Of a DNA stretch of 34,249 bases, positions 1-8,673 are shown in pieces. How positions within the stretch are numbered: the stretch's first letter is position 1; each line of letters opens with the position of its first letter. A model generated the notes under the pieces. The model searched no databases. It saw nothing but the letters and a program-made list of their open reading frames with translations, and was not told the origin of the DNA. The translations under genes were made by a program, and so were the position numbers. This DNA comes from Verrucomicrobiota bacterium (GTDB lineage: Bacteria; Verrucomicrobiota; Verrucomicrobiia; Verrucomicrobiales; DEV007). The stretch covers positions 1-34,249 of the forward strand of contig JASFYY010000047.1 in the NCBI GenBank assembly GCA_045046875.1, written 5' to 3'.

Positions 1-38
1 TATTGCATGGATTTTGTCGTTCGTTCGCGTAAAGTCCT

Positions 39-108
39 CCTTCGCCAAGGCTTCGGCGGACAGCCTTCACCAAGTGCCACGGCTTGCCAGCCGTAGCCTT
101 GGCGAAGG
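39..108. repeat. Long inverted repeat (REP-like hairpin) directly 3' of tmRNA; possible terminator or processing stem
   Basis: 39-57 ccttcgccaaggcttcggc matches the reverse complement of 90-108 (ccttcgccaaggctacggc) at 18/19 positions. Confidence 0.8.
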
Positions 109-109
109 C

Positions 110-467
110 TGGAGGTGAGGGGAGTCGAACCCCTGTCCTAATAACCGTCTGCACGAGCGTCTACATGAATATTCGGTCTTTTAATCTAGGAGAGCCGACT
201 TCGGCCGACAGAATGCGAACCCTCCGATTGCCCTGTAACCTCTCGTTAGTTGGCCCGGACACCCGGCCTTCTAACCAGTCTGCTACTTTTGCACCATTTA
301 CCTCAGCAGACGTCGGGTATTTGGTGGGCCGCTTAATTAAGCTGCCAATGCAAGTTCAGGTTCTTCGTTTGCTTTTATTTGTTTTAATCGGCTTTTTACG
401 AGGCCAACCGATTAACCTCGACATGCAACCCGTGTTTCAAACTATCAGTCGAAACCAAGACACCCCC
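110..467 (-). ncRNA. ssrA: Transfer-messenger RNA (tmRNA)
   Basis: Minus strand begins GGGGGTGTCTTGGTTTCGAC at 467 and ends GGACAGGGGTTCGACTCCCCTCACCTCCA at 110. Acceptor stem GGGGGUG/CACCUCC has the G3-U alanine identity pair, and a T-loop GTTCGA is present. The internal tag ORF (372-337) reads ANEEPELALAA-stop. About 358 nt; CCA is not encoded. Confidence 0.97.
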
Positions 468-692
468 GGTCGCCCGGAGCCAGCAGGAATCATACAATTC
501 CCTAGCACGTTTTTACCATAAAGGCTTTCTGGAATAAATCAAGCCCCTGAGTGCCTTGATGAACCAGAGAGCACTAAAGCAAAAAGCCCCCTCCTGTCGC
601 TATGTGCCCCCTTTCAAGGATAAGGGTGTTAGCCAAGCTACCCACCGGCCTTCTTCATTGCGCGGCTCTGGTGCAAATATGGGAAAGTATTC

Positions 693-771
693 TGTCCTGT
701 AAGGACAAAATGAGATAGCCCAGAGTGAAACTCTGGGATTGAACCGTTTTAAATACTAGCCCTGAAAGGGC
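693..771. repeat. Triple-hairpin REP-like element, copy 1
   Basis: Hairpins tgtcct-gta-aggaca (693-707), cccagagt-gaa-actctggg (719-737) and gccct-gaa-agggc (759-771); same architecture as 7456-7534. Confidence 0.65.
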
Positions 772-810
772 GAAATAATATCGCGGCGTGATCAAGGAGA
801 TTCACCACTA

Positions 811-1146
811 TCAGGACCGACCCCCCGCCCTCACATGAATCGCCAACCACAGGGCGTCCTGCGACACCTTATCAACCCGGTGACGCAATTTGGCTGGCAA
901 TTCAAGACAATCCCCCGCCTTCATTTCCAGCCCATCCCCCCTGCCCGCGATCAACAAACTTGCCTGCCCACGCAACAACAACACCCATTCATCCTCATTC
1001 TGTTCATACCAATAATCAGCAGCAGATGCATGCCCTGCCGACAAAATGCGTTCGATCCTCACTGCGCCCTGGCTAAATTGTGCGATTTTTTCAATCACTT
1101 CCCCAGCATGGGCCTCTGGCAAATTCTCAAAAATATTCATCATCAT
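811..1146 (-). CDS. Cupin domain protein
   Basis: Motifs RIERILSxGH, WYEQNEDEWVLLLRGQA and LPAKLRHRV are typical of a small cupin family. Start placed at the first of three tandem ATGs (1146/1143/1140). Confidence 0.85.
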   Translation of the reverse strand: MMMNIFENLPEAHAGEVIEKIAQFSQGAVRIERILSAGHASAADYWYEQNEDEWVLLLRGQASLLIAGRGDGLEMKAGDCLELPAKLRHRVDKVSQDALWLAIHVRAGGRS

Positions 1147-1362
1147 ATTAAAAGCCTCTACCAAAACCACTAATCCTCAAATTAATATTTGCTAGGTTGG
1201 CCGCAATAAATGCGCACTAGATTTGGTCGACTTTTTGCAACATCTGCACGGCCACCACGTCAAGCACGGGTAAGTTGTCTATCGTTGGCAGGTTATTTTA
1301 ACATGCCCAAACTATTCACCCCATAACAACCCTTCTCTGAACATTCACCCCCAAACAAACCC

Positions 1363-3939
1363 ATGAAAAAAATATTCCACATTAAAACCCAACGATCAGG
1401 TCTCTGGACTCTGGCTCTTACCTTGGCCACATGCGCCAGCCTCGGCATGGCCGCACAGCCACTGGAGGAAAGTGCCAAAACAAAGATCGCAGCAGCCAAG
1501 GTCGCAACTGACAAAACAGAAGCCGCCAACAAAAAAGTCCGCGAACTGATTGTCACTCAGGCTAATGCCGCCCGTTCCTACTCTGACACTTCACGCGAGC
1601 TGGCTGCGGCAAAAAAAATCCTGGCGAAATCTGAAGCCAATGCCAAACCTGCCGCTGAGAAAAAGATCAAGGACATCGAAACAAAAATCGTCGCGATCAA
1701 AAAAAACAAAACTGACATTGATAATAACTTAAAAGCTGCTCGTGAACAATACACCGGAATTCGCCGGGCTTCTTACCCTGTCGTAGCGGCAAAAGCCGTC
1801 GCAGAAAAAGCGCTTGCTGAGAAACAACTTGCCGACAGCAAAAACCATGCAAAAAATGCCGCCAAAAAAGCCAGCGCAGCGCAAGCCGCACTGAAAACTG
1901 CCAAAGCTAATAAAATTGCCGCGGATAAATCCTGTAAAGATTGCGCCGCCAAAGCCGCTCTTAGCAAAAAAGCCACAACGGGGAAAAAGGACGCCGCCAA
2001 AGTAGCTGCCGATAAAAGTGCAAAAGAGGCCGAGGCCAAACTCGCCGCTGCAAAAAAAGTGATCGCAGAAAAAAACAACGCGGTCAAAAAGGCGGAGAAA
2101 GATCTGCTTGCAGCAAATGCCGCTGCCAAAAAAGCCAAGGATCAAGCTAGCGCGGCAGCGAAAAACTTTTCAACAAAAACCTCGGCGGCAAAAATTGCCG
2201 AAGACACGGTTAAAGGTTCTCATCTTTATATCGCGGTTAGAGCCGTTGATGATGCGGTGAAAGATAAAACCAGTGCCCAAAAAGCCGCTGATAAAACCAG
2301 TCGTGCAGAAGCCAAAGCCGGAAAAATTTATACCGCCGCAAAAAAAGTAGCTGACAAAACTAGTGACGAAAAAGCCAAAGCTAAAGCCGTCGCCAAAGCC
2401 ACAGCAACTAAAAGCGCTTGGGACAAAACCGTCGCCGCAAATAAAGCCGCTCAGGACGCCATCGCACAAAAAGGCAAACTCATCACCACCTTACAAGATC
2501 AACTGGCCAATGAGTTGGTCAAAGTGGAAGGCGGATTGAAACCGATGGCAAGCAGCGCGTGGAACTATGCCAAAGCCCGCCACCTGATGGTGCGTGCCGG
2601 CTTCGGCGGAACCCCTGCTGAAGTTCAGGCTCTTTACGAGATGGGGCTGCACAAGGCAGTTGACCATTTTGTCGAAATCTATCAGCAGCCCGTAGCCGGC
2701 ATCGAATTTGATCCAGCCCGGCTGAGACGCAGCGAACGGTGGGCCGCACGCCTCCCCTGGGACGAACGTCAGTATATAACTGTCAAACACCGCAACCCCG
2801 AAAGACGCCAGCAGGCTGAAATGAGACGCTGGTGGTTGCAACGCATGGCCGAATCCCCTCGCCCTCTGCAAGAGAAACTCACCCTCTTCTGGCACGACCA
2901 TTTCGCAGTGCAGTATCAAAAACGCTACCGCACCTACATGCTGTTCAAACAGAACCAACTCTTCCGCACTTATGGAGTTGATAACTACGGAGCCATGTTG
3001 CGCGGCGTCGTGCATGACCCTGCGACCATTTCCTACCTCGACAACAACGTCAATTACAAAGGCAATGGCAACGAAAACCTCGGCCGTGAAATCCTTGAAC
3101 TCTTTTCGATGGGTGAAGGCGGGGGTTACAGCGAGGATGATCTGCGAGAAGCTTCCCGCTCACTCACCGGGTACAACTATGACTCGTGGACCGGCCAGTT
3201 CCGTTTCATGGCCTCTCGTCATGATAACGAAAGCAAAAAAATTCTCGGCTCTACTGGCAACTGGAGTGGCGATGACCTGGTTGACATCATCCTACGTCAA
3301 CCGGCCACAGCCAAATACATCTCAGGGAAACTCTTCAAATTTCTCGCCCATGACGCTCCCTATGATGAAACGATGGAAAAAATGGCCGAGGTGATGCGTT
3401 ACAACAGCTACGATCTGCGTCCGGTATTAAAAAACCTTTTCCTCTCGGAAGAGTTCTACAACGACAAATCGATGGGATCGCATATCAAAGGCCCCGTGGA
3501 GCTGGCCATTGGAGCCATTCGCGATCTGGGAATCAAAGAAGTGAACTACGCCAGCATCGACGCCGCGGTTAATCAAATGGGTCAAATGTTATTTGAGCCA
3601 CCCAATGTCGCCGGTTGGAATGAAGGGCGCACCTGGATCAATGCCGAACGCATTTTGATTCGCTACAACCAAATGGCTAAAATTCTGGAACAGAACAACG
3701 TCGATCTGGTGGACTTACTCAAAAACGAAAAAGTCGACAGTTCGGATAAAGTGGTCTCCCAGTTGGTCAAAGCTTGTCTCGTTGTCAAACCTGATCCGGA
3801 CAAGTGCAAGGCGCTTGCAGAATTCCTTGGCAAACTCCCCCCTCAATCCGAATGGGAAGCCAAGAAAAATGAAATCAATGCCAAACTCAGAGCCGTCTTG
3901 GTTCTACTCATGAGCAGCCCGGATTCACAACTCGGTTAA
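1363..3939 (+). CDS. Exported DUF1800-family protein with long N-terminal Ala/Lys-rich helical region
   Basis: N-terminal signal-peptide-like segment; residues ~30-395 dominated by A and K. C-terminal DUF1800 motifs ARHLMVRAGFG, LQEKLTLFWHDHF, NENLGREILELFSMG and PPNVAGW. Followed by DUF1501. Confidence 0.9.
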   Translation: MKKIFHIKTQRSGLWTLALTLATCASLGMAAQPLEESAKTKIAAAKVATDKTEAANKKVRELIVTQANAARSYSDTSRELAAAKKILAKSEANAKPAAEKKIKDIETKIVAIKKNKTDIDNNLKAAREQYTGIRRASYPVVAAKAVAEKALAEKQLADSKNHAKNAAKKASAAQAALKTAKANKIAADKSCKDCAAKAALSKKATTGKKDAAKVAADKSAKEAEAKLAAAKKVIAEKNNAVKKAEKDLLAANAAAKKAKDQASAAAKNFSTKTSAAKIAEDTVKGSHLYIAVRAVDDAVKDKTSAQKAADKTSRAEAKAGKIYTAAKKVADKTSDEKAKAKAVAKATATKSAWDKTVAANKAAQDAIAQKGKLITTLQDQLANELVKVEGGLKPMASSAWNYAKARHLMVRAGFGGTPAEVQALYEMGLHKAVDHFVEIYQQPVAGIEFDPARLRRSERWAARLPWDERQYITVKHRNPERRQQAEMRRWWLQRMAESPRPLQEKLTLFWHDHFAVQYQKRYRTYMLFKQNQLFRTYGVDNYGAMLRGVVHDPATISYLDNNVNYKGNGNENLGREILELFSMGEGGGYSEDDLREASRSLTGYNYDSWTGQFRFMASRHDNESKKILGSTGNWSGDDLVDIILRQPATAKYISGKLFKFLAHDAPYDETMEKMAEVMRYNSYDLRPVLKNLFLSEEFYNDKSMGSHIKGPVELAIGAIRDLGIKEVNYASIDAAVNQMGQMLFEPPNVAGWNEGRTWINAERILIRYNQMAKILEQNNVDLVDLLKNEKVDSSDKVVSQLVKACLVVKPDPDKCKALAEFLGKLPPQSEWEAKKNEINAKLRAVLVLLMSSPDSQLG

Positions 3940-3990
3940 CCAACTGCTTTAACTCAAACCTCAAGATTAACCCCCAAACCTCAAATCAAA

Positions 3991-5235
3991 ATGTCAAAAC
4001 TCACCATCAATACTCGCAGAGAGTTTTTAACTCAAGGCCTCGGCCTCATCGGCGTAGGAGCTGCATTGCCCTACGGACTCATTAACACGGCTATGGCAGG
4101 AGCCAAAGCGGAACCAGGCCAACGTGTCACCGTCATCCTACAACTAGCAGGAGGCCATGACGCACTCAGTGCTCTGGTTCCCTATGGAGATCCAGAATAC
4201 AACAAACTGCGCATTGAAACGCGGATCAATGAAAAAGAGGTACACAAACTCGATGATTATGCAGGGCTGCACCCCAATATGAAAGGCATCAAAGCCATGC
4301 ACGACGAAGGCCGTTTTGCCGCCATTCCCGGAGTAGGTTATCCTGAAACCAATTTCAGTCACTTCACCGCGACTGACATCTGGGAAACCGCCGAACACAA
4401 CCCCACCCGAGCCATGTTCGGTTGGGTGGGTAAAACCTGTGACTCCGCCTTCAAAGGCAATCGCGATCCTAAATTGGCGATTGCTGTGGGGGCAGGCAAA
4501 ACTCCACGCGCGCTGGTTGGCAAAGAGCACCCCGGCCTCAGCTTCAGTAATCCCGACTCTTACCGCTACACCGGTGATCGTGGGCAAGAAGCCCGCAACA
4601 AGGTTTTTCGGAAGTTGAACATGGCTGGCAAAGGAGGTTTTTCCAGTAATGCGGACTTCATCAAAATGACCGCTGGCAACGCTAACGCAAGCAGTGACCA
4701 GATACGGAAAATGGCCAAGGAATACAAAGCCAAAGTTGAATACCCCAACACCCCGCTAGGCAGAAATCTCAAAACCATCGCCGCGCTGATCGCAAGTGGC
4801 TTGAGCACTCGCATCTATCACACCCAACTGGGAGGATTTGACACCCACTCGGGTCAGCGGCTCAATCACGACCGATTGATGTTGCAGTTGGATGAAGCCA
4901 TCACCGCTTTTTACCAAGACCTGAAAGCGCAAAAACAAGATCAACGTGTGCTCACCATGACGATGAGTGAGTTCGGGCGACGGGTAAAAGAAAATGGCAG
5001 TCGCGGCACCGATCACGGAGCCGCCTCCGCCCTCTTTCTATTCGGTGCCGGAGTAAAACCCGGAATTCATGGCAAACACCCCAGCTTAACCGACCTGCAA
5101 GGCGGTGGTGGTGGCAGCCTCAAACACACGGTCGATTTCCGCAGCGTTTACGCATCGGTGATCGATAAATGGATTGGCGGCAAAAGCGAAACCGCACTGG
5201 GGGGGAAATACCCCCACATCGATTGCATTGCTTAA
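3991..5235 (+). CDS. DUF1501 domain protein with Tat signal
   Basis: TRREFL twin-arginine motif; LQLAGGHD, SHF, GGFDTH, SEFGRRVKENGSRGTDHG and VDFRSVYA motifs; usual partner of DUF1800. Confidence 0.92.
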   Translation: MSKLTINTRREFLTQGLGLIGVGAALPYGLINTAMAGAKAEPGQRVTVILQLAGGHDALSALVPYGDPEYNKLRIETRINEKEVHKLDDYAGLHPNMKGIKAMHDEGRFAAIPGVGYPETNFSHFTATDIWETAEHNPTRAMFGWVGKTCDSAFKGNRDPKLAIAVGAGKTPRALVGKEHPGLSFSNPDSYRYTGDRGQEARNKVFRKLNMAGKGGFSSNADFIKMTAGNANASSDQIRKMAKEYKAKVEYPNTPLGRNLKTIAALIASGLSTRIYHTQLGGFDTHSGQRLNHDRLMLQLDEAITAFYQDLKAQKQDQRVLTMTMSEFGRRVKENGSRGTDHGAASALFLFGAGVKPGIHGKHPSLTDLQGGGGGSLKHTVDFRSVYASVIDKWIGGKSETALGGKYPHIDCIA

Positions 5236-5251
5236 ACCATAGAGTCTCCGT

Positions 5252-5298
5252 GACATCCTTGGCAAATAGCTTCCCAAGGATGTCGCTCGGTCTCTTTA
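5252..5298 (+). terminator. Hairpin after DUF1501; possible terminator or mRNA-stabilising stem
   Basis: gacatccttgg (5252-5262) pairs perfectly with ccaaggatgtc (5274-5284); only a short, offset T tract follows. Confidence 0.5.
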
Positions 5299-5317
5299 TA
5301 AAACCAAACACTGCCAG

Positions 5318-5953
5318 ATGTTCACAAAATGCTTTCCATTTCAGCTGTCCGCTCTTTTGCTGTTTTTCACGTTGGCTGGATCACAACCGCTCACAGCGGA
5401 AGAACTCATCGAACCCGAAATTGGTGATCCCTATCCTCTTGAAATATGTATTTTATCAGGAGAAACACTGGAAGAAGATTACGAACTCATTGAACACCAG
5501 GGGCAAGAGATTCGGGTCTGTTGCAGTGACTGCAAAAGCAAGTTCACCGCAGAAAGCTATATCAGAGTTGATGAACTCAACGCCTTGCTGATCACAGAGC
5601 AGATGCCCGTTTACCCCCTTGAGAAATGCATCGTCACAGGTAAAGCGCTGGAGCAAAACCCGATTGACTTCATCTTCCGCAACCGGTTGTTTCGAATCTC
5701 ATCCGAAGCTGCCAAAGACAAAATCAAACAGCAGCCCACCAAATATTTTGATATACTGGACGCTGCGGTGATCGCCAAACAATCAAAAAACTACCCGCTC
5801 AAAACCTGTCTGGTCTCCGGCAAAACTTTAACCGACGGGGCCATCGATCACGTGATCGCCAATCAACTCGTTCGCCTCGCCGATTTCGAACAATTGGCCG
5901 CCTTTGAGGAAAACCCAGGCAAATACCTGAGAATACTGCACGAGGCCAAATAG
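5318..5953 (+). CDS. Exported protein with three YHS/TRASH-like metal-binding repeats
   Basis: Signal peptide; repeats YPLEICILSGETL, YPLEKCIVTGKAL and YPLKTCLVSGKTL. The first repeat retains CCSDC. Confidence 0.8.
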   Translation: MFTKCFPFQLSALLLFFTLAGSQPLTAEELIEPEIGDPYPLEICILSGETLEEDYELIEHQGQEIRVCCSDCKSKFTAESYIRVDELNALLITEQMPVYPLEKCIVTGKALEQNPIDFIFRNRLFRISSEAAKDKIKQQPTKYFDILDAAVIAKQSKNYPLKTCLVSGKTLTDGAIDHVIANQLVRLADFEQLAAFEENPGKYLRILHEAK

Positions 5954-6050
5954 CCCTGACCTCCCCCTGCTCCGGCAATTTCGCCACACTAATCACTGGC
6001 ACTTGCTGAAAATGCGTTTATCGGTTGGCCGACACCTAGCACCACGGCCA

Positions 6051-6488
6051 TTGAGCGATAAAGTGAAAAAACCAGGCACCCGCAGAGAAGCGCGGGAAGC
6101 GACGATCCAATTTCTGTTCAGTCACGACCTGAACGATGATACGCTGCCTGATCAATGTGATCATTTCTGGGAACTGCGCACCGCCCGCCCCAAAGTACGC
6201 GACTTTGCCAAACAGCTCATCGCTGGCATTTTTGAGCACAAAGAGCAAATCGATCAAACCATCGAGGATGCCAGCGAAAACTACAGCCTCACACAACTGA
6301 CCGCCGTGGATCGCTGCCTGCTGCGTCTGGCCACCTACGAGATCCTTTTCCGCGACGACATCCCCGCAGCGGTAACCATCAACGAAGCGATCGAAATCGC
6401 CAAACGCTTCGGCTCCACCGAGTCCGCTGGATTTGTCAACGGCGTGATTGACCGCATCGAAAAGGAACCCCGCAGCAATCACCCATAA
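6051..6488 (+). CDS. nusB: Transcription antitermination factor NusB
   Basis: TRREAREATIQFLF, VDRCLLRLATYE, INEAIEIAKRFG and FVNGVID motifs. Start uncertain (TTG 6051 or GTG 6063). Confidence 0.95.
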   Translation: MSDKVKKPGTRREAREATIQFLFSHDLNDDTLPDQCDHFWELRTARPKVRDFAKQLIAGIFEHKEQIDQTIEDASENYSLTQLTAVDRCLLRLATYEILFRDDIPAAVTINEAIEIAKRFGSTESAGFVNGVIDRIEKEPRSNHP

Positions 6489-6535
6489 CACTTCCTGAAA
6501 AACCTCTCCCACCTCTAGCGATACCCGCCTTTCCC

Positions 6536-7384
6536 ATGAGCTTGTTCAAATCGATCATCAGCCGCTTCACCTCCCGCACCGAGATTGACTGGGATGACTT
6601 GGAAGCCACTCTGATCGGCGGTGATCTGGGCATTCGACTGACAACAAAAATCGTCGACAATTTACGTGCCCAGGGACGAAAAATCAGCGGAGCTGACATC
6701 GTCGAAGCTTGTCACAAAGAAATCACCGCCATCCTTGGGGACGAGACTCCCCCACTGCCGCAAAAACGCCAGGGCATGCCGACCGTCATTCTGGTCGCCG
6801 GAGTCAACGGCACCGGTAAAACCACCTCGACCGCCAAACTCGCTTACTTGCTGAAAAAACAAGGCAACAGCGTATTGCTCGCCGCCGCCGATACTTTCCG
6901 TGCCGCCGCCATCGAGCAGCTCGAAGTCTGGTCTCAGCGCCTCGACATTCCCATCATCAAAACCCAATACCAGGCCGACCCCTCGGCGGTCTGTTTTGAC
7001 GCTCACCGCTCGGCCATCCAGAATAACGTGGACTTTCTCATCTGCGACACCGCCGGTCGTCTGCACACCCGTGACAACCTGATGGAAGAGCTGAAAAAGA
7101 TCCAACGCACCCTGAAAAAACAAGACGAGAGCGCCCCACACGAACGCCTGCTGGTGGTGGACGCCACCACCGGCTCCAATGCCCTGTCTCAAGCAAAAGA
7201 ATTCCAAAAAGCCCTCGACCTCACCGGCCTCATCGTCACCAAACTCGACGGCTCGGGCAAAGGCGGCAGCGCCGTGGTGATCAAAAACGAGCTCAACATC
7301 CCCACCCGCTTCATCGGCGCCGGTGAGAGCGAAAACGACTTCAAAGCCTTCTCCCCCCAGTCGTTTGTTGAAAACATCCTCTGA
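6536..7384 (+). CDS. ftsY: Signal recognition particle receptor FtsY (NG domain only)
   Basis: GVNGTGKTT P-loop, DTFRAAA, DTAGR and TKLDGSGKGG motifs. Confidence 0.97.
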   Translation: MSLFKSIISRFTSRTEIDWDDLEATLIGGDLGIRLTTKIVDNLRAQGRKISGADIVEACHKEITAILGDETPPLPQKRQGMPTVILVAGVNGTGKTTSTAKLAYLLKKQGNSVLLAAADTFRAAAIEQLEVWSQRLDIPIIKTQYQADPSAVCFDAHRSAIQNNVDFLICDTAGRLHTRDNLMEELKKIQRTLKKQDESAPHERLLVVDATTGSNALSQAKEFQKALDLTGLIVTKLDGSGKGGSAVVIKNELNIPTRFIGAGESENDFKAFSPQSFVENIL

Positions 7385-7455
7385 TTTTTTCTCCACAAGC
7401 TCAAAGGATCTACGACGCATGAGCGGAAGGCCCGACTTAACCTCCCCCCTCCACA

Positions 7456-7534
7456 GACCCGAAGGGTCATCCCTATGTCAGCCCAGGGCAACGCCCTGGG
7501 ATTCCAAAACCCCATTGACCAGCCCCAATCGGGG
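7456..7534. repeat. Triple-hairpin REP-like element, copy 2
   Basis: gaccc-gaa-gggtc (7456-7468), cccagggc-aac-gccctggg (7482-7500) and cccc-aatc-gggg (7523-7534); shares agcccag...ctgggatt with copy 1. Confidence 0.7.
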
Positions 7535-7671
7535 AGCCCCTATCCCCAGAACGCCGGCTCCAACTCCAAGTTCCACCGAGTACCTTGCCAAGCCCCGGAG
7601 TTACATCCAACATCATTCCCACAAAAAAAACTTCCCGAATCTCCTATTACCCGCTTTAATCATCTCCTGAT

Positions 7672-8310
7672 ATGCTACGCATCTTTATATTCTTTTTCAT
7701 CCTGACCGGGACAAGCTTGATCTCTGTCCAATCCGGATCAGCCCAGGTAGTGGTCTATAAAATCGACTTCGAACAAGAAGGCTCCTCGATCAATTACAAC
7801 TTTTACGAAGACGGCTGGGTCGTCGCCGATGCCACCGGTGGTCCCGCCTCCTGGATCCTGACTTTTTTCGAAGGCCCTCTGCGTCGCTACATCACCATCA
7901 CTGATTTCGGCAGTTTGTTTTACGCCAACAAAGGTAATAGCGTCAAAGCCGTGCTTTCCGCATCCGCATCAAACGGCACCCCACAAACCACCTTCCTCGC
8001 CATAGGCACGCCCTCGCAAACCGTCAGAAAACAAAACATCAAGGTCGAAGTTGCCAACCAACTGGAAGGCGTCACCTCCTCCGCTGATGATGAAAGCGAA
8101 CTGCCTTTCGATGTCAAAGAAGGCGACAAAGGTTTTGCCGGTTTCAGCAAAATGAAAGCCAGCCTGCAACGCAGCCGAACCGATGACGCCAATTCAAACA
8201 ACCTAAGTGTCGAAGAAACCTTCGCCGAACTGATCCTCTCGCTCGAACGCCGGGGTTACACCCCCTTTGTCGTCGCCGAACCCGCCACAAGTGAGGATAG
8301 TGCTAATTAA
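7672..8310 (+). CDS. Exported hypothetical protein
   Basis: 212-aa ORF with a signal-peptide-like N-terminus and host-like codon usage; no family recognised. Confidence 0.8.
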   Translation: MLRIFIFFFILTGTSLISVQSGSAQVVVYKIDFEQEGSSINYNFYEDGWVVADATGGPASWILTFFEGPLRRYITITDFGSLFYANKGNSVKAVLSASASNGTPQTTFLAIGTPSQTVRKQNIKVEVANQLEGVTSSADDESELPFDVKEGDKGFAGFSKMKASLQRSRTDDANSNNLSVEETFAELILSLERRGYTPFVVAEPATSEDSAN

Positions 8311-8319
8311 AATATCAGC

Positions 8320-8622
8320 ATGGAATGGTTAATCGCAACTAAATGGGGTTTGGTCCTGCCCTTATTTTTAATAGGTTTGACCCTGCACAAATTTGGTCGC
8401 ACCAATGCCGCTGTAGGGTTTTGGGTAATCACCATCATGATCGGCTTAAATTCCATAGCTGACGCCCCCTTACAAATTGCCCACTTCATTGATATTCCAG
8501 AATCCAATTTTCTTTGGGCAGAAATTGCACTGATTTTTTTCACAGGGTTTCTATGCTTTCCCGTGCTCCGCTTTTTCTTCTCAAACAGTAGCGTTTTATC
8601 TTTTTTTTATCCTAAAAAATAA
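8320..8622 (+). CDS. Small hypothetical membrane protein
   Basis: 100 aa with about three hydrophobic segments; fills the gap between neighbours; AT-rich. Confidence 0.55.
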   Translation: MEWLIATKWGLVLPLFLIGLTLHKFGRTNAAVGFWVITIMIGLNSIADAPLQIAHFIDIPESNFLWAEIALIFFTGFLCFPVLRFFFSNSSVLSFFYPKK

Positions 8623-8673
8623 TTTTGACTCACAACACTCGACAAAGCATTTCTTTTCATTAAGGTTTTCGAC

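Noticed and set aside
84..521. 145-aa plus-strand ORF
   Set aside because: Antisense to tmRNA with no protein-like features.
6536..7384. FtsY lacking an acidic N-terminal domain
   Set aside because: NG-only FtsY is common in bacteria.
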